Positions 63,121 to 64,000 of a stretch of 64,000 nt of DNA are shown in pieces. Numbering within the stretch: the first letter of the stretch is position 1; every line of letters starts with the position of its first letter. The translations under genes and the position numbers were made by a program. The stretch comes from Octopus sinensis (taxonomy: Eukaryota), in NCBI RefSeq assembly GCF_006345805.1, contig NC_043001.1, positions 126,418,001-126,482,000 of the forward strand. Direction: 5' to 3'. The notes beneath the pieces were generated by a model that ran no database searches, was not told where the DNA came from, and was given only the letters and a program-made list of their open reading frames with translations.

Positions 63121-63454
63121 GTACAGCACCAACAATTTAATTGTGTTTATTTCATAACTTTTGCTGCTATTCTTCAGTGGCGTATTTCATTATTACAATA
63201 AAATGCTATTATAACGATAATACTTAGTTTCATTACCTTAAATTTGCATTTTCGTACACCTGCAATAAACCGTGACACAGTTGAAAGCACCTCCAACTAC
63301 ATAACTCAACATAACTTTGTATGTAGCCTATAAATACGATTGAAATGTTCACTGCGTACGTACCTTCCTAGTATATTTTAGTGGACCAAATTTTACGTTT
63401 GTATAACGTTTAGTATTCAAGATATCAACAAAATTTTATATATATATATAACGG

Positions 63455-63545
63455 CTACCTCTGATGAGTGCAGGGTTACATAATCGGACTGTTACCTAAT
63501 ACTCCGTTGAACCCCTAGCGTGAAACCGATTGGTAAGATCCATAA
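63455..63545 (+). ncRNA. Type I hammerhead-like motif, design 5
   Basis: CTGATGA at 63461-67; GGGTT/AACCC stem II with a long loop; GAAA at 63522-25; stem III ACC-GATT-GGT; GTA site. Stem I is weak and begins right after (TA)n. Confidence 0.5.
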
Positions 63546-64000
63546 TGGATATATATTACTTTACACTTCGATTAATATATATACGATTTTGCCCATATAT
63601 GCATGATAAACAAAAATCTTTACAAAAGATATTTTAGCTCGGGATCAAAAACTTAGGAAATAACGAAAAGTTATAAAGAATTTAATATTGTTGGTAAAAT
63701 CTGAAGTGTATGGTGAAGATGCTTTAAGAATATGATGATGTCATCATGATAATCATCAGCATCGTATTGCTGATGGCAATATAAGGGTATTATTAGTGCC
63801 AGTAAATTGTGGTCGAGCTGCGATGTTATTGTGTGTGAGTTAGAGTCTTAGATAGAAATGATGATGATGGTAATGGTGGTGGTGGTGGTGGTGGTAATGG
63901 TGGTGGTAGTGGTTGTCGTGATGGTGGTGGTGATGAGGGTGGCAACAGTGACAACAGCGAAGACACAAACGACAATGATTATGGTGATCATCACAATGAT

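Overview
AT-rich eukaryotic non-coding DNA, saturated with microsatellites and transposable elements. The SINE families and repeat density fit an octopod cephalopod best (inference). No host gene can be supported, and most ORFs in the track are microsatellite artefacts. Identifiable elements: (1) Naiad-type Penelope-like retroelements (RT + GIY-YIG), namely a foldback copy at 13.4-16.5 kb, a truncated copy at 47.3-48.7 kb and pLTR-only derivatives at 40.5-41.1 kb; (2) the 3' end of a second, Neptune-like PLE (51.2-52.5 kb) plus three solo tails; (3) an internally deleted R4/Dong element, and a CR1-like LINE inside a ~5 kb (GTT/CTT)n array; (4) mariner/Tc1 relics, MITEs, non-autonomous Helitrons/Helentron and several tRNA-derived SINE families. 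The main unexplained signal is about 13 hammerhead-ribozyme-like motifs of five designs, nearly all beside (TA)n tracts. One is a fully canonical type I hammerhead capping a ~50-bp rod in a 312-bp orphan element (57145-57456); two designs have non-canonical cores. Long foldbacks and short pre-miRNA-sized hairpins are also frequent. All structures were read by eye and need computational and biochemical confirmation.
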